64,000 nt of DNA, from positions 4,530,110 through 4,594,109 of the forward strand of contig CM082584.2 of NCBI GenBank assembly GCA_040954595.2. Direction: 5' to 3'. Positions 13,301-25,276 of the stretch are shown piece after piece. The position numbers were made by a program, and so were the translations under genes. This DNA is from Balanoglossus misakiensis (Eukaryota; Animalia; Hemichordata). The notes below the pieces were generated by a model. That model had not been told where the DNA came from. It saw only the letters and a list, made by a program, of their open reading frames with translations, and ran no database searches. Position 1 is the stretch's first letter, and the number at the start of each line of letters is the position of its first letter.

Positions 13301-16300
13301 CTTGTAGATAAGCAACAGGAGATGGATATACCGACGGCTAAAGATGCCAAATTAATGATGCAGTCCCCACGTGTAGCATCTCTTGGTAAAGGCAGTGGTA
13401 TCACTCAAATAGAGGGACTGCCCAAACTCAGGCCCCACAACAGCTTCAGTGGACTCGTCCCTAGGTTTGGAGTGGAAGTCAACAATGAACTGGCAGCTGA
13501 AAAAGTAAGAACAGGAATTCGATACATCCATCGCAAATCTGGAGAATGGAAGTGCGGTTTTTGAGTGATAGCAATTTGGAGCTTATCAGATAGGGTGTTT
13601 GTCTGTCTATGTCTGCCGTTTGTCAACTCTTGTCTTCTTCTCTGAAACTACTGGTCCGATTACTCCTTAGGGGTGACCTAAATAAAATGTGTTCAAATTG
13701 TGTGAAATTTGCATATACATGTATATGTAGTTCAGCTGGGGGCAATTTTTGCCATTTTTTGGAAAAAAGACCTCTGAAACCGCACATAAATGACACGTTG
13801 GCAGAATTGCCGATTCAGCGCTCTAAGGGTTATATATTAGGTCATGTCTGCTTGTCAATTTCACCTGCATGTGATTTTTATTCCAGCGTACATCTATTTC
13901 TCTGCAAATCCCCAAATGGGACCATAGTGTTCTTGACGCTATGTTTTCTTTTATGTGACCTTAGGAGATGGAAAACATCAACAAATGGGGGCTGGAAATC
14001 TTCAAAGTAAATGAAATCACCAACAGCAGACCTCTTACAGCTGTTACCTTCACAATATTTCAGGTAAGTTATAAAATATATACAAGAAACCTTATTTGTG
14101 TTTATTCATTCCCAATTTCTGACCTTAAAAGTGAAGGGGTCGTTGCGTCGCATTTGTTTGTTTATAAACATTACAATTCATCCACAAATCCCTGAAATTA
14201 GATAATTCTTACAATCAACGAAGCAGCCAACTGTAACGTAGACTGGGCATGACAGCAACTGAAGATCCTAGTGGGTTGTGGCGACTGCAGTGGGGTAAGG
14301 GGGGGGGGGGGGGGACACCAACCCGGCGCGACGACCCCTTCCTATTAATTTACAATGCCATTTTGGAATGAATTTCTTCTACCTAGGAAAGAGAGTTACT
14401 CAAGACCTTCAGCATTCCTGCGAATACATTATTGACATATCTTTTGACGTTGGAAGATCATTATCGCAAAGATGTACCCTATCACAATGCAATACATGCT
14501 GCTGATGTCACTCATTCAACTCATGTGTTATTATCTGCCCCAGCATTAGAGGTACGTGTTAACATGAATAATACCTTACTATAAAGCCATGTTGGTTGTG
14601 TAATCTTTTTTGAGAAATGAAACGGGCCCTTGATTTCATGCAGAAATGAGTAAGTTATCGCTTCAGAATTTTGGCACATCTAAATATGGCCGTTTATATG
14701 CATATCTGAACTACTTTCGTTCTGTTTGCTACAAGTGTTGTTTTCGTAAATAAACAAACACTCAAAATATCTCCAGGCAAAGATGGCCGACTCGAGTCAA
14801 AAGCGATGCATGATAGTCGACATTTATGACATTTGATATTATGATATGACGATATTATAAAGCTATTTACCAAACTTCTCTCCCTCTCTTCAATTTGTAG
14901 ACAGTTTTAGCAGGTCCAGTATTTCTCAGCTTGTTTTTTTATGTTTAAGCTGCAACCATCATGCATTGCTTTTGCCTCGAGTCGGCCATCTTTGCCCGGA
15001 GATTTTTCTATGGCTTTTTCCCAGACCCTCTTTCTGGAGGGCAACAGAAGAAGCAGAGGGTTCTGGGTAACCGACACTATACTACCAATATATTGTTTTG
15101 TTTGACGTAGTTTCATTTCCTTCAGGTGAAGTTTTAGGGCCAATAATTGTGCTACATCGTTTGGTATTTGTGGCTGAATGCATGACTGGATGTGACAATT
15201 GTTAGACTGTTCTTACTATGTAATGACATAGATTATGTTGATGTTATTTAGAATTCAGTGATTTTTTTTCTTTTTTTAAAGAATGTCTTCACAGATCTTG
15301 AAATCCTGTCTGCATTATTTGCATCAGTGATACATGATGTTCACCATCCAGGTTTGAACAATCAGTTCTTAGTTGAAACTGGTAAGTCAAGAATGATGAT
15401 TGAGCTGAACTACTGTAAAACGCGATTTTTTTGCGAATGATAAATTTTTTGCGAACTTCGCGAGAGCCAAAAAAATGCGAAAAATAAAAGTTGCGTAAAA
15501 TGTTTTTCAGAGATATTGATGCACTTAGTGAAATATGCAAACATTAATCATTGTGTAACAATTGCCTCTTTTGATATCACGGAAATTTCCTATCATGAAA
15601 ATTTCCCGTTTTACAGTATTTTCAGGCTGGAAAACTGTATGTATATTTGTACATAGGTGTTATATCTGTCTGGCTGCCTTTTGAATTACAAACTTGCAAA
15701 CTGCAGCATGTTTGCTCATAATATTTTGCATAGATGTACCAGATGTGAAGTTTTCCAAATCAAAATGGCACAGAAATAAAACTGCTGATCATATTGCTTT
15801 ACTGGTTCGCATATGGAAATCATAGTATATGGAAGTGTTCTTCTCTGTGTTTATATCCACAATTATAGCAAACTTTTTTGTGAATTACTGCAGTATGTCA
15901 TTTTGAGTCACTTGAATGATTTGCTGACAAAATGTTGTTGTTGTTAATCTGCAGGTGATGAATTGGCTATCATGTACAATGACGAGTCGGTATTGGAAAA
16001 CCATCACCTGGCTGTTGCATTTAAATTACTTCAGGAAGAGAATTGCAACATATTTCAGAATTTGAGCAAGAAACAGTGTAAAACCCTCAGAAAGATGGTG
16101 ATCGACATGGTATGTTAAAAACACTAATAACAATTATGTACCTTGTACATCTTTTTCATTTCATATACATGTACCATGCAAATGACATTGATGATTATTT
16201 TGGAACAGGTGCTTGCAACAGATATGTCAAAACACATGAGCTTGTTGGCAGATTTGAAGACAATGGTGGAAACCAAGAAAGTTGCTGGTTCTGGTGTTCT

Positions 16301-18052
16301 TCTCTTGGATAATTATACTGATAGAATACAGGTATGCAGTGCTGCTCCTTTATACCATTCTACCACTGATGGTGCTACAATAACTGTGGTTGTTACACAC
16401 ATACAGGCTTCTTTGCAAACAGAATGGTAGATAGTTTAGCATCAGATGGAGAGTTGACAGAAAAAAAAACTGTTACTGTAAAATTCTGGCTGCTTTAAAT
16501 AGGTTTTCACTTTGTGCTAGGGGGTTAATCACATAATAATTGCATTCTGGGTAAAAATTCAACAACCCACTGTAGTAAGAGACTTCCTTTGGTCAAACAT
16601 GTCTGTCTTTGTAGTTACCATATTAAACTCATTAACTTTTTTTCACATTTTGTTATTTTTTCTGTTACAAAGTTTCACAATGACCCAGTATCACTTTAGC
16701 TTATGAACTCCCATTTGTTAAATTTGGCAAAAATCGGCCATCTTGAAATTTTGTCGACCATATGAGATTTTGATTTTTCATCACTCACTTAGGTAGCTTA
16801 AAAGCTATTTAAGGCAGGGAGAATTAATATAAAAAAATACTGTTAGTGAAAAGTTTCAGCTTTTGGGATTAACTTCTCATCTATAAGGAGAAAAGGATTA
16901 AGTGAATGGATTTATGAAGGTATTAAATGAAGGTATAATGTGTCACGTTCAGGTTATAAAAGTTTTGTCAATAAACATTTCAGGTCCTTCAAAATATGGT
17001 ACACTGTGCTGATTTGGGGAACCCAACCAAACCATTGAAATTGTACAGACAATGGACAGAATTGGTCATTGAGGAGTTCTTCATTCAGGGTGACAAGGAA
17101 AGGAGCAATGGAATGATTATAAGTCCCATGATGGACAGAGAAAACGCATCAGTTGAAAAGTCACAGGTATGTACTAGAGATTTGCTGTCTTCATTCATTT
17201 CAATTAGCTTCATTCTTTGTAACTTTTGGTTCGTTTTTTCAGTATATTGTTCTCTCTATCAATGTTTAAATTGCAACATACAACCACAATCAGGTATCGA
17301 TGATATGTTCATGTATACTTATCAGTTAGCTTATTTAGATGGACCAATCTATGTTGGAAATTAAAATAAAGAAAATAATGCGAAAAGTGGCAGCTCTTTG
17401 GGCTTTAAAGGTATACAGTCACCTCCAATTTACATATGCCCATATATGACTGAAATGGAGTATTTGAGCGTTCTAAAGAACATGGTGGCACTCTTTTTTT
17501 CGCGTGTGTCACCCAATGAAAATCTGTGATTGACTAGATCTCAATTTGCCATGGTAACGATAGCTAAATTTGCATAGGTGCCCGTATACCTTTAATACTA
17601 CCTACTACTGAGACTTTCAGTATGCTTGAATAACAAAAGTCACTAACTGATCACACATGGATGATGTTTTTATATTCACATAATGTTAACATGATATTTT
17701 TTTTTAATCCCATCAATAGGTTGGATTTATTGATTTCATAGTCCATCCGTTGTGGGAAACGTGGGCGGATCTGGTGTATCCGGATGCGCAGGAAATTCTG
17801 GATAACTTGGAAGACAACAGGGATTGGTACCAGAGCATGATTCCTATCAGTCCATCACCGAGTTCGGTCAATAAAGAAGATGGGAAATTCCAGTTTGATC
17901 TGGAAGAAGGCAAAAGTACACTGACGCCGAAAGCTTCACTGACGTTTGAGAATTATGACAACAACAGCAATGATGGTGATAGTAACAATGATCGTGATGA
18001 TGATGATGATGACGATGACACTGGCAGTGATAAAACTCCCACAAATTCGTGA
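10394..18052 (+). CDS. PDE4: cAMP-specific 3',5'-cyclic phosphodiesterase 4, long form (dunce/PDE4 family), 12 core exons
   Basis: GT-AG exons 10394-10576, 11013-11114, 11522-11684, 12441-12534, 13308-13504, 13965-14063, 14387-14551, 15282-15381, 15955-16109, 16209-16331, 16984-17166, 17720-18052 join in frame. UCR1 ([16 protein letters not shown] site), UCR2 ([24 protein letters not shown]), catalytic motifs [42 protein letters not shown] docking motif, Asp-rich tail, TGA at 18050-18052. Confidence 0.96.
12997..13185. mobile_element. TA-flanked Tc1/mariner/pogo-like MITE (CAGTCAAACCTGT termini); related element at 59900-60072
   Basis: TA|CAGTCAAACCTGT...ACAGGTTTGACTG|TA. Confidence 0.75.
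14125..14348. mobile_element. TTAA-flanked MITE family B (AGTGAAGGGGTCG/CGACCCC termini); inverted copy at 59371-59616, fragment at ~34880-34995
   Basis: Shared core gtagactgggcatgacagcaactgaa and its reverse complement at three loci. Confidence 0.75.
15411..15618. mobile_element. TA-flanked MITE family D (CTGTAAAAC...GTTTTACAG, TTCGCGA-rich)
   Basis: Terminal inverted repeats; related copies at 25577-25784, 62151-62339 and partial 51494-51594. Confidence 0.75.
17405..17595. mobile_element. TTAA-flanked MITE family C (AGGTATACAGTCACCT termini); partial copy at ~10778-10857
   Basis: TTAA|AGGTATACAGTCACCT...AGGTGCCCGTATACCT|TTAA; the first ~80 bp are repeated at 10778. Confidence 0.75.
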
Positions 18053-18104
18053 TTGATTTGCGATGTTTTGTTTCAGTCGAATGTCTCATCAACCTTTGTG
18101 CCAT

Positions 18105-18249
18105 TAGACCACTTCGCGGATAGGGTATCTGCAATGCATGATGGTATAATTTGCGTTCAACATAGCGTCTAGTACATGGCTAACGCACGCGCTCAGAACG
18201 CAAACTGTCCCACAACACCTTGCGTTGTTCTATCCGCGAAGTGGTCCAT
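18105..18249. repeat. Small foldback element just after the PDE4 stop
   Basis: GACCACTTCGCGGATAG ... CTATCCGCGAAGTGGTC inverted termini. Confidence 0.65.
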
Positions 18250-19657
18250 TGGCAACAATGGGGTTGAGTCAAAATTTGGTGGGGGGGGGGGGGTGGTTGT
18301 TGCGTGAAAACTAAGTGTTAACATCTCAAACTGTGTGAATTAAACAATAGGGAGAACTCTAATTGAAGGGGAACTGCAATAATTTCTGTGAAAACAGAGC
18401 AGGACAAACCTGAAATGGTTATGTGTCGCAAGTGTCCATGATCTGAGTTTTGTCTGCTTTTATCATTAACCAGTATAAAAGGGGGCTGTTGTCTGAGCTA
18501 TGCCTGTTCAACTTTTTTATAAACAACACATTTCATTAATAATATTTCAAGTGTACAGTAGGAAATCAAAATAGCTGAGAATGTAGCCAAATTTTGTACA
18601 TCATGGCAAACAATTTTCTTTCTGGTTTCAGTGGAGTGCAATCTACCCCTGATGTTATGTCCTCGTGTGTGTTTCTCATATCATTTTTGACTGGACTGGC
18701 TCCCTGCCTTCCTATTCCACAATGTTCTGGGGTATGTGTGGCTGTTTTTTGCAGTATGATCCAATGTGGCTGCCAATGACTCGTTGATTTTCATGTTTCT
18801 GTGTCAGTCCCGTCCATCAGACTTGTCGACACATTTCTTTCTAAGTCCTTTGAAAAGCACTTAAGTTTGCATCTGCCGTTAAAAACGGGTAGATTTTGAT
18901 ATTATCCAAGATGGACGTAAAAGCATATCTTTCCACTGTCTACATTCAGTGTATTCTAACAAACCTGAATGGACTTTTGTCAGAGTTGGTGTAAAGAAAA
19001 GTAAAGAAAAGTTATCCTTATGGCTAACATGGTTTGTTTTGTTATGTAATCCAATATGGTTTCCTGTTGAACCTATAGTGCTAGATATATTACCTTGATA
19101 CAAGATTCTCATGTACCTGTCATATATTTAACCATCTGCTAGATCTTACTCTTTGGTTCCACAAACATTAATTGACACTCAGAAACTTCAGCAGATGTAC
19201 ATACTCAACTTATTGTTTGTTATTGTGTTTAAGCCAACTGTTAAAAATATTGTAAATAAACAACAATACTATTTATACATCATTATTTGGTAGTATCTGA
19301 ATAACAGTTTATCATTTGAAACAATGCAGTGGTTGAATAGAATTCTGTGCTTCACAATTTTTAGAATGTAGATAATGTTTGAACAACAGACTTCTGATTC
19401 TGTGAACAAATGATGTAACATACAAAATTAAACCCTGTACCTATTCATGTATATGAACGTATATGACCTTTATGGGCTGTAGCTCCAACCTTTGATGAAG
19501 TTTTATTTCTTTTATTTTGTGTATCAACTCTAATTTTGTGTTCATCCGATGTAGATGGAAACACTGTCTAGTTGATCAACACAGCCTTTGTTTGGATAAT
19601 CACCATGGTTTGAAATTTGAATGTCATTTGTCAGTAATAACAATGAATGTTTCTGCT

Positions 19658-19828
19658 CAATCTAATTAAAATCCGATGTAGGGTACGGCAACATCTATTA
19701 CTTACATGGTAAGGTATTCTTATGCTGTCACCTCGCACTTTACAATTGTGTGAGGCGACAGCATAAGAATACCGTAATGCGTAAGTAAAAGACGTTGCTG
19801 TACCCTACATCTGATTTTAATCAGATTG
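19658..19828. mobile_element. Palindromic MITE family E (CAATCTAATTAAAATC termini); copies at 54256-54352 and 54769-54903
   Basis: CAATCTAATTAAAATCCGATGTAGGG ... CCCTACATCTGATTTTAATCAGATTG; three copies of different internal length. Confidence 0.75.
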
Positions 19829-21951
19829 GGTTTTGCTATGCTGGGTTTGATTGTAAGTTGTATACTGCAAGTTACTCCAGTGTGGTTCATGGTATCAACT
19901 GTGATATTACAGTTGACATGCAGGAAAAATACCGAAAGAATGACGTATAAACAAGTAGGAACAATGGGCTCTAGTAAAAACTCAGACTTCAAAGCTCTTT
20001 TTCTTCTCTGGAACACAGTACACGTGAGTAATTACATCAGTCATCAAAGATCTACTCACATGATCCTGCATACAGACAAAATGTGTAGCTATACTTCAGT
20101 GATGTAAATTTGATGTGCAAATATTTATATCAAATTCTCAAGGAGTGGACTAGATCTTATGTAACAGCATATTTCAGCAGAACAAAAGAGTCCCACAAAT
20201 AATTCCAAATTCTTCGCTATCAAATGACGTCAGACGCGTTTGTTGGCAGTTACGTTCGCATTCAAATTTCCAGATGACGGGCAACTTCAGCAACGTGGAC
20301 TTACGTGGTGCAGACAAAGACTGTGCAGACGAAATGCAATGAGGCTGATGAGGCAACATACCCGATACATGTTATGTGTTTGGCGGTTCTAAAGTAAAAA
20401 CATACTCGGAAAAACTTTTACTGGATGCCGAAATATTGCTTGCCCGTCATCTGGAAATGACTGCGCCATGGGACACATTGCCAGATCACGTGATTGATAG
20501 TAAAGAATACTCTGTAATGCACTAGATAGTTGTCCAATAATCCAGATAGCTTGTTTTACCCAAATGAAGACATTCCACTCATCCTGTATTCACCAATAAA
20601 CACTGCAATAAAATGTACAGTTTAGAAATACATGGTGATTTTTGAAGATGGCTGTATAAATTTGATTGACATGTCAGTATAAAGTGATTGCTGAAAAGAT
20701 ATGATTTCCCAGAAGTGAAAGTAAAACTGTATTTTGTGAAAGAAAATTATTTGGCTGTTAGGGCTTGTTAACACCTGGCCAAGGGTTCAGACTTGGTGCC
20801 AAACATACGGCAATAATGTGTAATTGCAGATGCAAAAATGGAAATGTAAAATTTGATTTTACGGCTAAACATACATAATACATGGGTTCTTATAGGTACC
20901 GAAGACACTTCTTGGCACCAGCACATATCATTTAGACTGGAACTGTTGGCTGTAGTTCGAATAAGGCAGTAAAACTGTTGAGTTATAAATGTGGGAAGGC
21001 CCATTTCCTCGCAAAGGTCTAGGCCCATAACTTGTTTGAACTTGTTGGGTTAAAGGGACACTGTCCTCAACACTGTGTTCAATGTTGTCTGGGGACTACT
21101 GCAACTAAAAGTGGTATTCAAAATACCGGTAGATGGTTGTGATGAAAGTCAGGGTTTGCCATGATGTACAGCTACATTGTAACAGTGTCATTTTGTGACT
21201 GTCTTGTAATTTAGGCAGCAAATGTCTTGTTTATAAACAGTGCACATAGGTTCACATAGCTTCAGTGATTATACCCTAAATACCTTATTTGAAGAAGAAT
21301 GTTTCAGTTAGGAAGCATCTTTTAGTTGAACGCGACGTTCTGGTTTATCATCATACATGTATTTAACTGTGTAAGAATAAAAATATGTTTGTATTCATTG
21401 AGATTTAGATATTCCAAAGTTTGTATCAAGTGTATAGAGTACCCATACTGTATATAGGCCGTTGAGTGATTTGAAATTCACATCATCTTGTTATCAAGTG
21501 CAACTACGAATTAGTCACTTGCTTTAATTACCATGGATTGTTCAGTTCCAAACGAGTATAGATTCAAAAACACATTGTATATTTTTCATTGTATATTTAT
21601 TTGTCATTTATTTACTTATGCAATTAAAACAGGATTTACTCTAATGTATCTCTTTGAAATGAATTGACACCTAGTGAGAATATTGAACATTTTTATGGGA
21701 ACAGTTCCCTGTGATCAATAAGGACTTTGTAGAAGTAGTTTGTTGGCGAGTTGTTACTTTTAAGACATTATGACATCTTGTGTCTCTGCACTTCAAAATT
21801 TAACATTATGTTAGAATGTACAAATGTGACTTGTAGCAGAAATATTGTCCAGCAAGACTATCTGGGCATACAGTTGCCAATAAAGTGTCAATTTCTTATA
21901 TGAAATATCATGGCAAGTACATGTATGAGCTTTTTGTGGCAAGTATAGCCA

Positions 21952-22332
21952 TAGTCTGGTTCCCTGCCCCAATCCCACCGCTGGCTGCGCTACGCTAAAG
22001 GGAAAGGGGTCAGGTACGGCCCGATTTCATACCCAGAAACCTGGGAAGACCACGTGATCATAAACAAGATGGATGCCTCCAATGTCCGTACGCCAGTCAA
22101 GATTCATCCAGGCAGTTTATTTTGTTTTGTTTGTTGTAAAGTTGGAAATCGAATGATAAACATTCATGGAGGTGAAGGAGAGAACGGGAAATGAGTATCT
22201 TACAACAACTTATCAATTTAACAATTTAATGTTCGTATGTATTGACCAATGAGAGCCAAGTTTACAATAGGCCGTACCTGACCCCTTTCCCTTTAGCATA
22301 GCGCAGCCATCGGTGGGATTGGGGCCAGACTA
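21952..22332. mobile_element. MITE with ~65 bp TIRs (TAGTCTGG...CCAGACTA) and ~9 bp TSD GTATAGCCA
   Basis: Arms ccccaatcccaccg..gctgcgcta.gctaaagggaaaggggtcaggtacggcc and the reverse complement; GTATAGCCA at 21943-21951 and 22333-22341. Confidence 0.85.
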
Positions 22333-23794
22333 GTATAGCCATCCCTCCAAAGAATGGTTTGTATAACAGGTGTGTAACCGTTTCACCATCTGATAACAGT
22401 GGAACAGGTTGTACTGGTATGTGGCAAAATAGAGTCTCATGGAATTTAGAGCAAAAATTAAGCATCAGGCATTTTCATTTCTAGGACAGGATCAGCTGGA
22501 GATTTTCTGTTTTACTGGAAGTTAAGGTCAAACTCCTTCCCGAAGTAAAGCTGCATTGGTATCATCATCTGTGAAGTACATTGTATCTCACCTTCACGAG
22601 GTTCCAAACCACGTCATGCAGCCATCTTAGGTCTTTTATCCAATAGACTCTTGCCACATAGGAACTTGATGTTGAAAACGTAGAGTCCACCCAAATAAAG
22701 GATTTATCTTGTCCACTGATTAGAAATTTTATTTTGTCACATACATGACCTCGTCATCATCAACTTATCAAATTAAAAGCCTTTGCTGTTGATAACTCAG
22801 TTATAGTCAAGTTCTGGTCTGTGTAAGATGGAAGTCTGCATGTACATGTGTACGTTAGTTCCAACTGGAATTCCTACTTTGATGGATAGTACACCCTTGC
22901 ACTCCTGCAAAAATGTTGTCAATGGGAAAACTCATAACAGAAGACCACAATATTCAGTATCGTTTTCTGATGAAATGTTTTGTACATCTCATACAAATTT
23001 TAATACAGTGAATAGAACCACTTTTGTATGTGAAAACTTTATTGATTACATCATAAAGTTTGTCTTGGTGGTGAACAGTCTGATTTAACTCAGATGTAGA
23101 GTTAGGTGCCATCTTTACTTTTGCTGATTCTTGGCTGTTCTGTTCACCGATGTTTAAGCCTCTCTACATCTGAACAGAGAATGAGTGCAAATGGACCCAG
23201 AGTAGCCCACAAAGCCTAACACAACCAATTCTACAGCCGGGACGATGACTTACAAGTTTATCATCAAAGATGTGAACCCAGCAGAAAAGCTGAGTGTTTG
23301 GACTTACACATGGCATAGGCAGTTTATAGGGAATCTACAATTAAAACAAGCAAGCACGAAAATGATTGTTGCTTTAGTCACTTGAAAGCAAGAGTTTTAT
23401 TACATTGAAAAACAGGTATTCTTTTTTTGCATTGGCTTGTCATGTTCCGTATGACAAAATGACAGGAAATCAAAGTTAAAAAAAAAATTGATTAAAACCA
23501 TTTTCACCCAAACTGACGATTATTCCCTGTGATTTATACATCGACATAAAAAGTTGTAGTACAATATGTAGAAAATCATGTGTGAAATTTGAGTTGAATC
23601 GACCAGCGTTATTTCCTTTTGAAGTTTTCTAAAATGTACCAATAAACAAAGAACAGGAAATTTGCATAACATAGAAACAATAACAAGTTCACATTGACCT
23701 ATCATGATTATTTAAAAAGAGGTTTCTGCACTTGATAATAATACTTATACCCTTGTTTACTCATAGGATTACATTCCCATTTCCCCTGCCAAGT

Positions 23795-23982
23795 TCTAAT
23801 ACTGCCCTCATAAGGCGGGGCTATCTGCCAGTGATGTCATAGGCGTCTATACTTCAGTTTTTATTTCCAAGCTGTTTGGAATCACTCTCTGTTTGATAGC
23901 ATCTACTTGGAAATTTAGACTGAAGTATAAATGCCTATGACATCACAGGCGGATAGCCCCACCTTATGAGGGCAGTATTAGA
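23795..23982. repeat. Near-perfect ~188 bp hairpin (foldback MITE)
   Basis: TCTAATACTGCCCTCATAAGG...TTTCCAAG arm and its reverse complement, about 80 bp per arm. Confidence 0.85.
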
Positions 23983-25276
23983 GAAAGATCTATTAATATT
24001 GTAAGTATTATTATCATGCGATGCGAAATTAGTTTATGAATAGAAACTTCAATTCTGATAGTTGGTCACCTTTTATCAACAAGACAGGTTTCCTTTATAC
24101 TGAGTGTAAATATGAGACAACCCATCTTATCTAAAAGTGTAAAATTTGGCAAAAATCACCAAAGTACATTATGATTCCCTTAATTAGTCACATGATTAGA
24201 TTACATATATACTGTACATGTACATGTATCTCTTCTTGTCTGTAGTCCATATATAGTCTCTGTGCTATCTGGTGACAGTGCCAACCATTTTACTGTCTGT
24301 GCGTATAATTTTTTCCTTTGATAAATACTATGTTCATCCTATTTTGTGACTGACTGTTTCTGGCACATGAGCTGGTTTCTAACTGCTATACATGATTTCT
24401 TTCAAGTTTCTCTGCAGTCATATGTTGAAAGTACAGTGTGCAGCTATGCACAGCTGCTATGAGAGCTGCCAGGTGGCAAAAACACCAACCTACATTCTGC
24501 CTTGTTTTCATTCTAATGGTTACTTTTAGTAAATTTCCATGAAACCGTCACCTTTTCACCTGCCCACACAGGAAAATAAAAATTGCCACTGCAAAAAGCC
24601 CAGAATTAACCCTGTGTGCCAACTGAGCACATGGCTCTTACAGGGGCTACTGAAAAAGGTCTGTGTCCAGTCTTCTGAAGACAAGACTGTGTAAAGTGTT
24701 CAGTACACAGTACTGTGGCAATGGCTGAATATTTTTTAGTACACACACACAAATATTTCTATTTACACTTCCATCAGACAATTTGCACTTATTCTTTACA
24801 AAAAACACACCTTCACTCTTGCAAATATTCAGACCTAAAACTAAGAACTACAGTGTGCTTCACACATCCAGTCCTGTGTTTATAGCACTGGTCATATAGT
24901 ACTTCGCTGTACACATGCAGTCCTGTACTTCTATCCGGCCAGACTCGGGCCTCTCCATACAACTTTGAAATGAATACAACTTTCAGACCCTATGGCAAGG
25001 GCTATTTCTCAGAGCCCTTTTCCAGATGTGTCCTGAAATCTTCTTGTGGTTTTCTAGTTGTGTACAGAACTTGAGACGTGTGAAGTTTTGACAGGAACAC
25101 TATTCAGTCAACTGATGAGGGCTTATCTGTAATAAAAACACTGGCGCCTGAAGAAATCCACAGATGTCAAGACAGATGGCAGACGGCATGACCTCTGACC
25201 TCCAGATGGCATGACCTCTGAACTCGTCGGCCACTAGAACATATTTTGCATAATATCATTAAGGATGACCTCGCTG

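Noticed and set aside
10635-17408. Inverted TTAA-ended termini 6.8 kb apart bracketing most PDE4 exons (possible gene-capturing composite transposon)
   Set aside because: The enclosed exons are part of a normal gene continuing on both sides; two independent truncated copies of one family explain it more simply.
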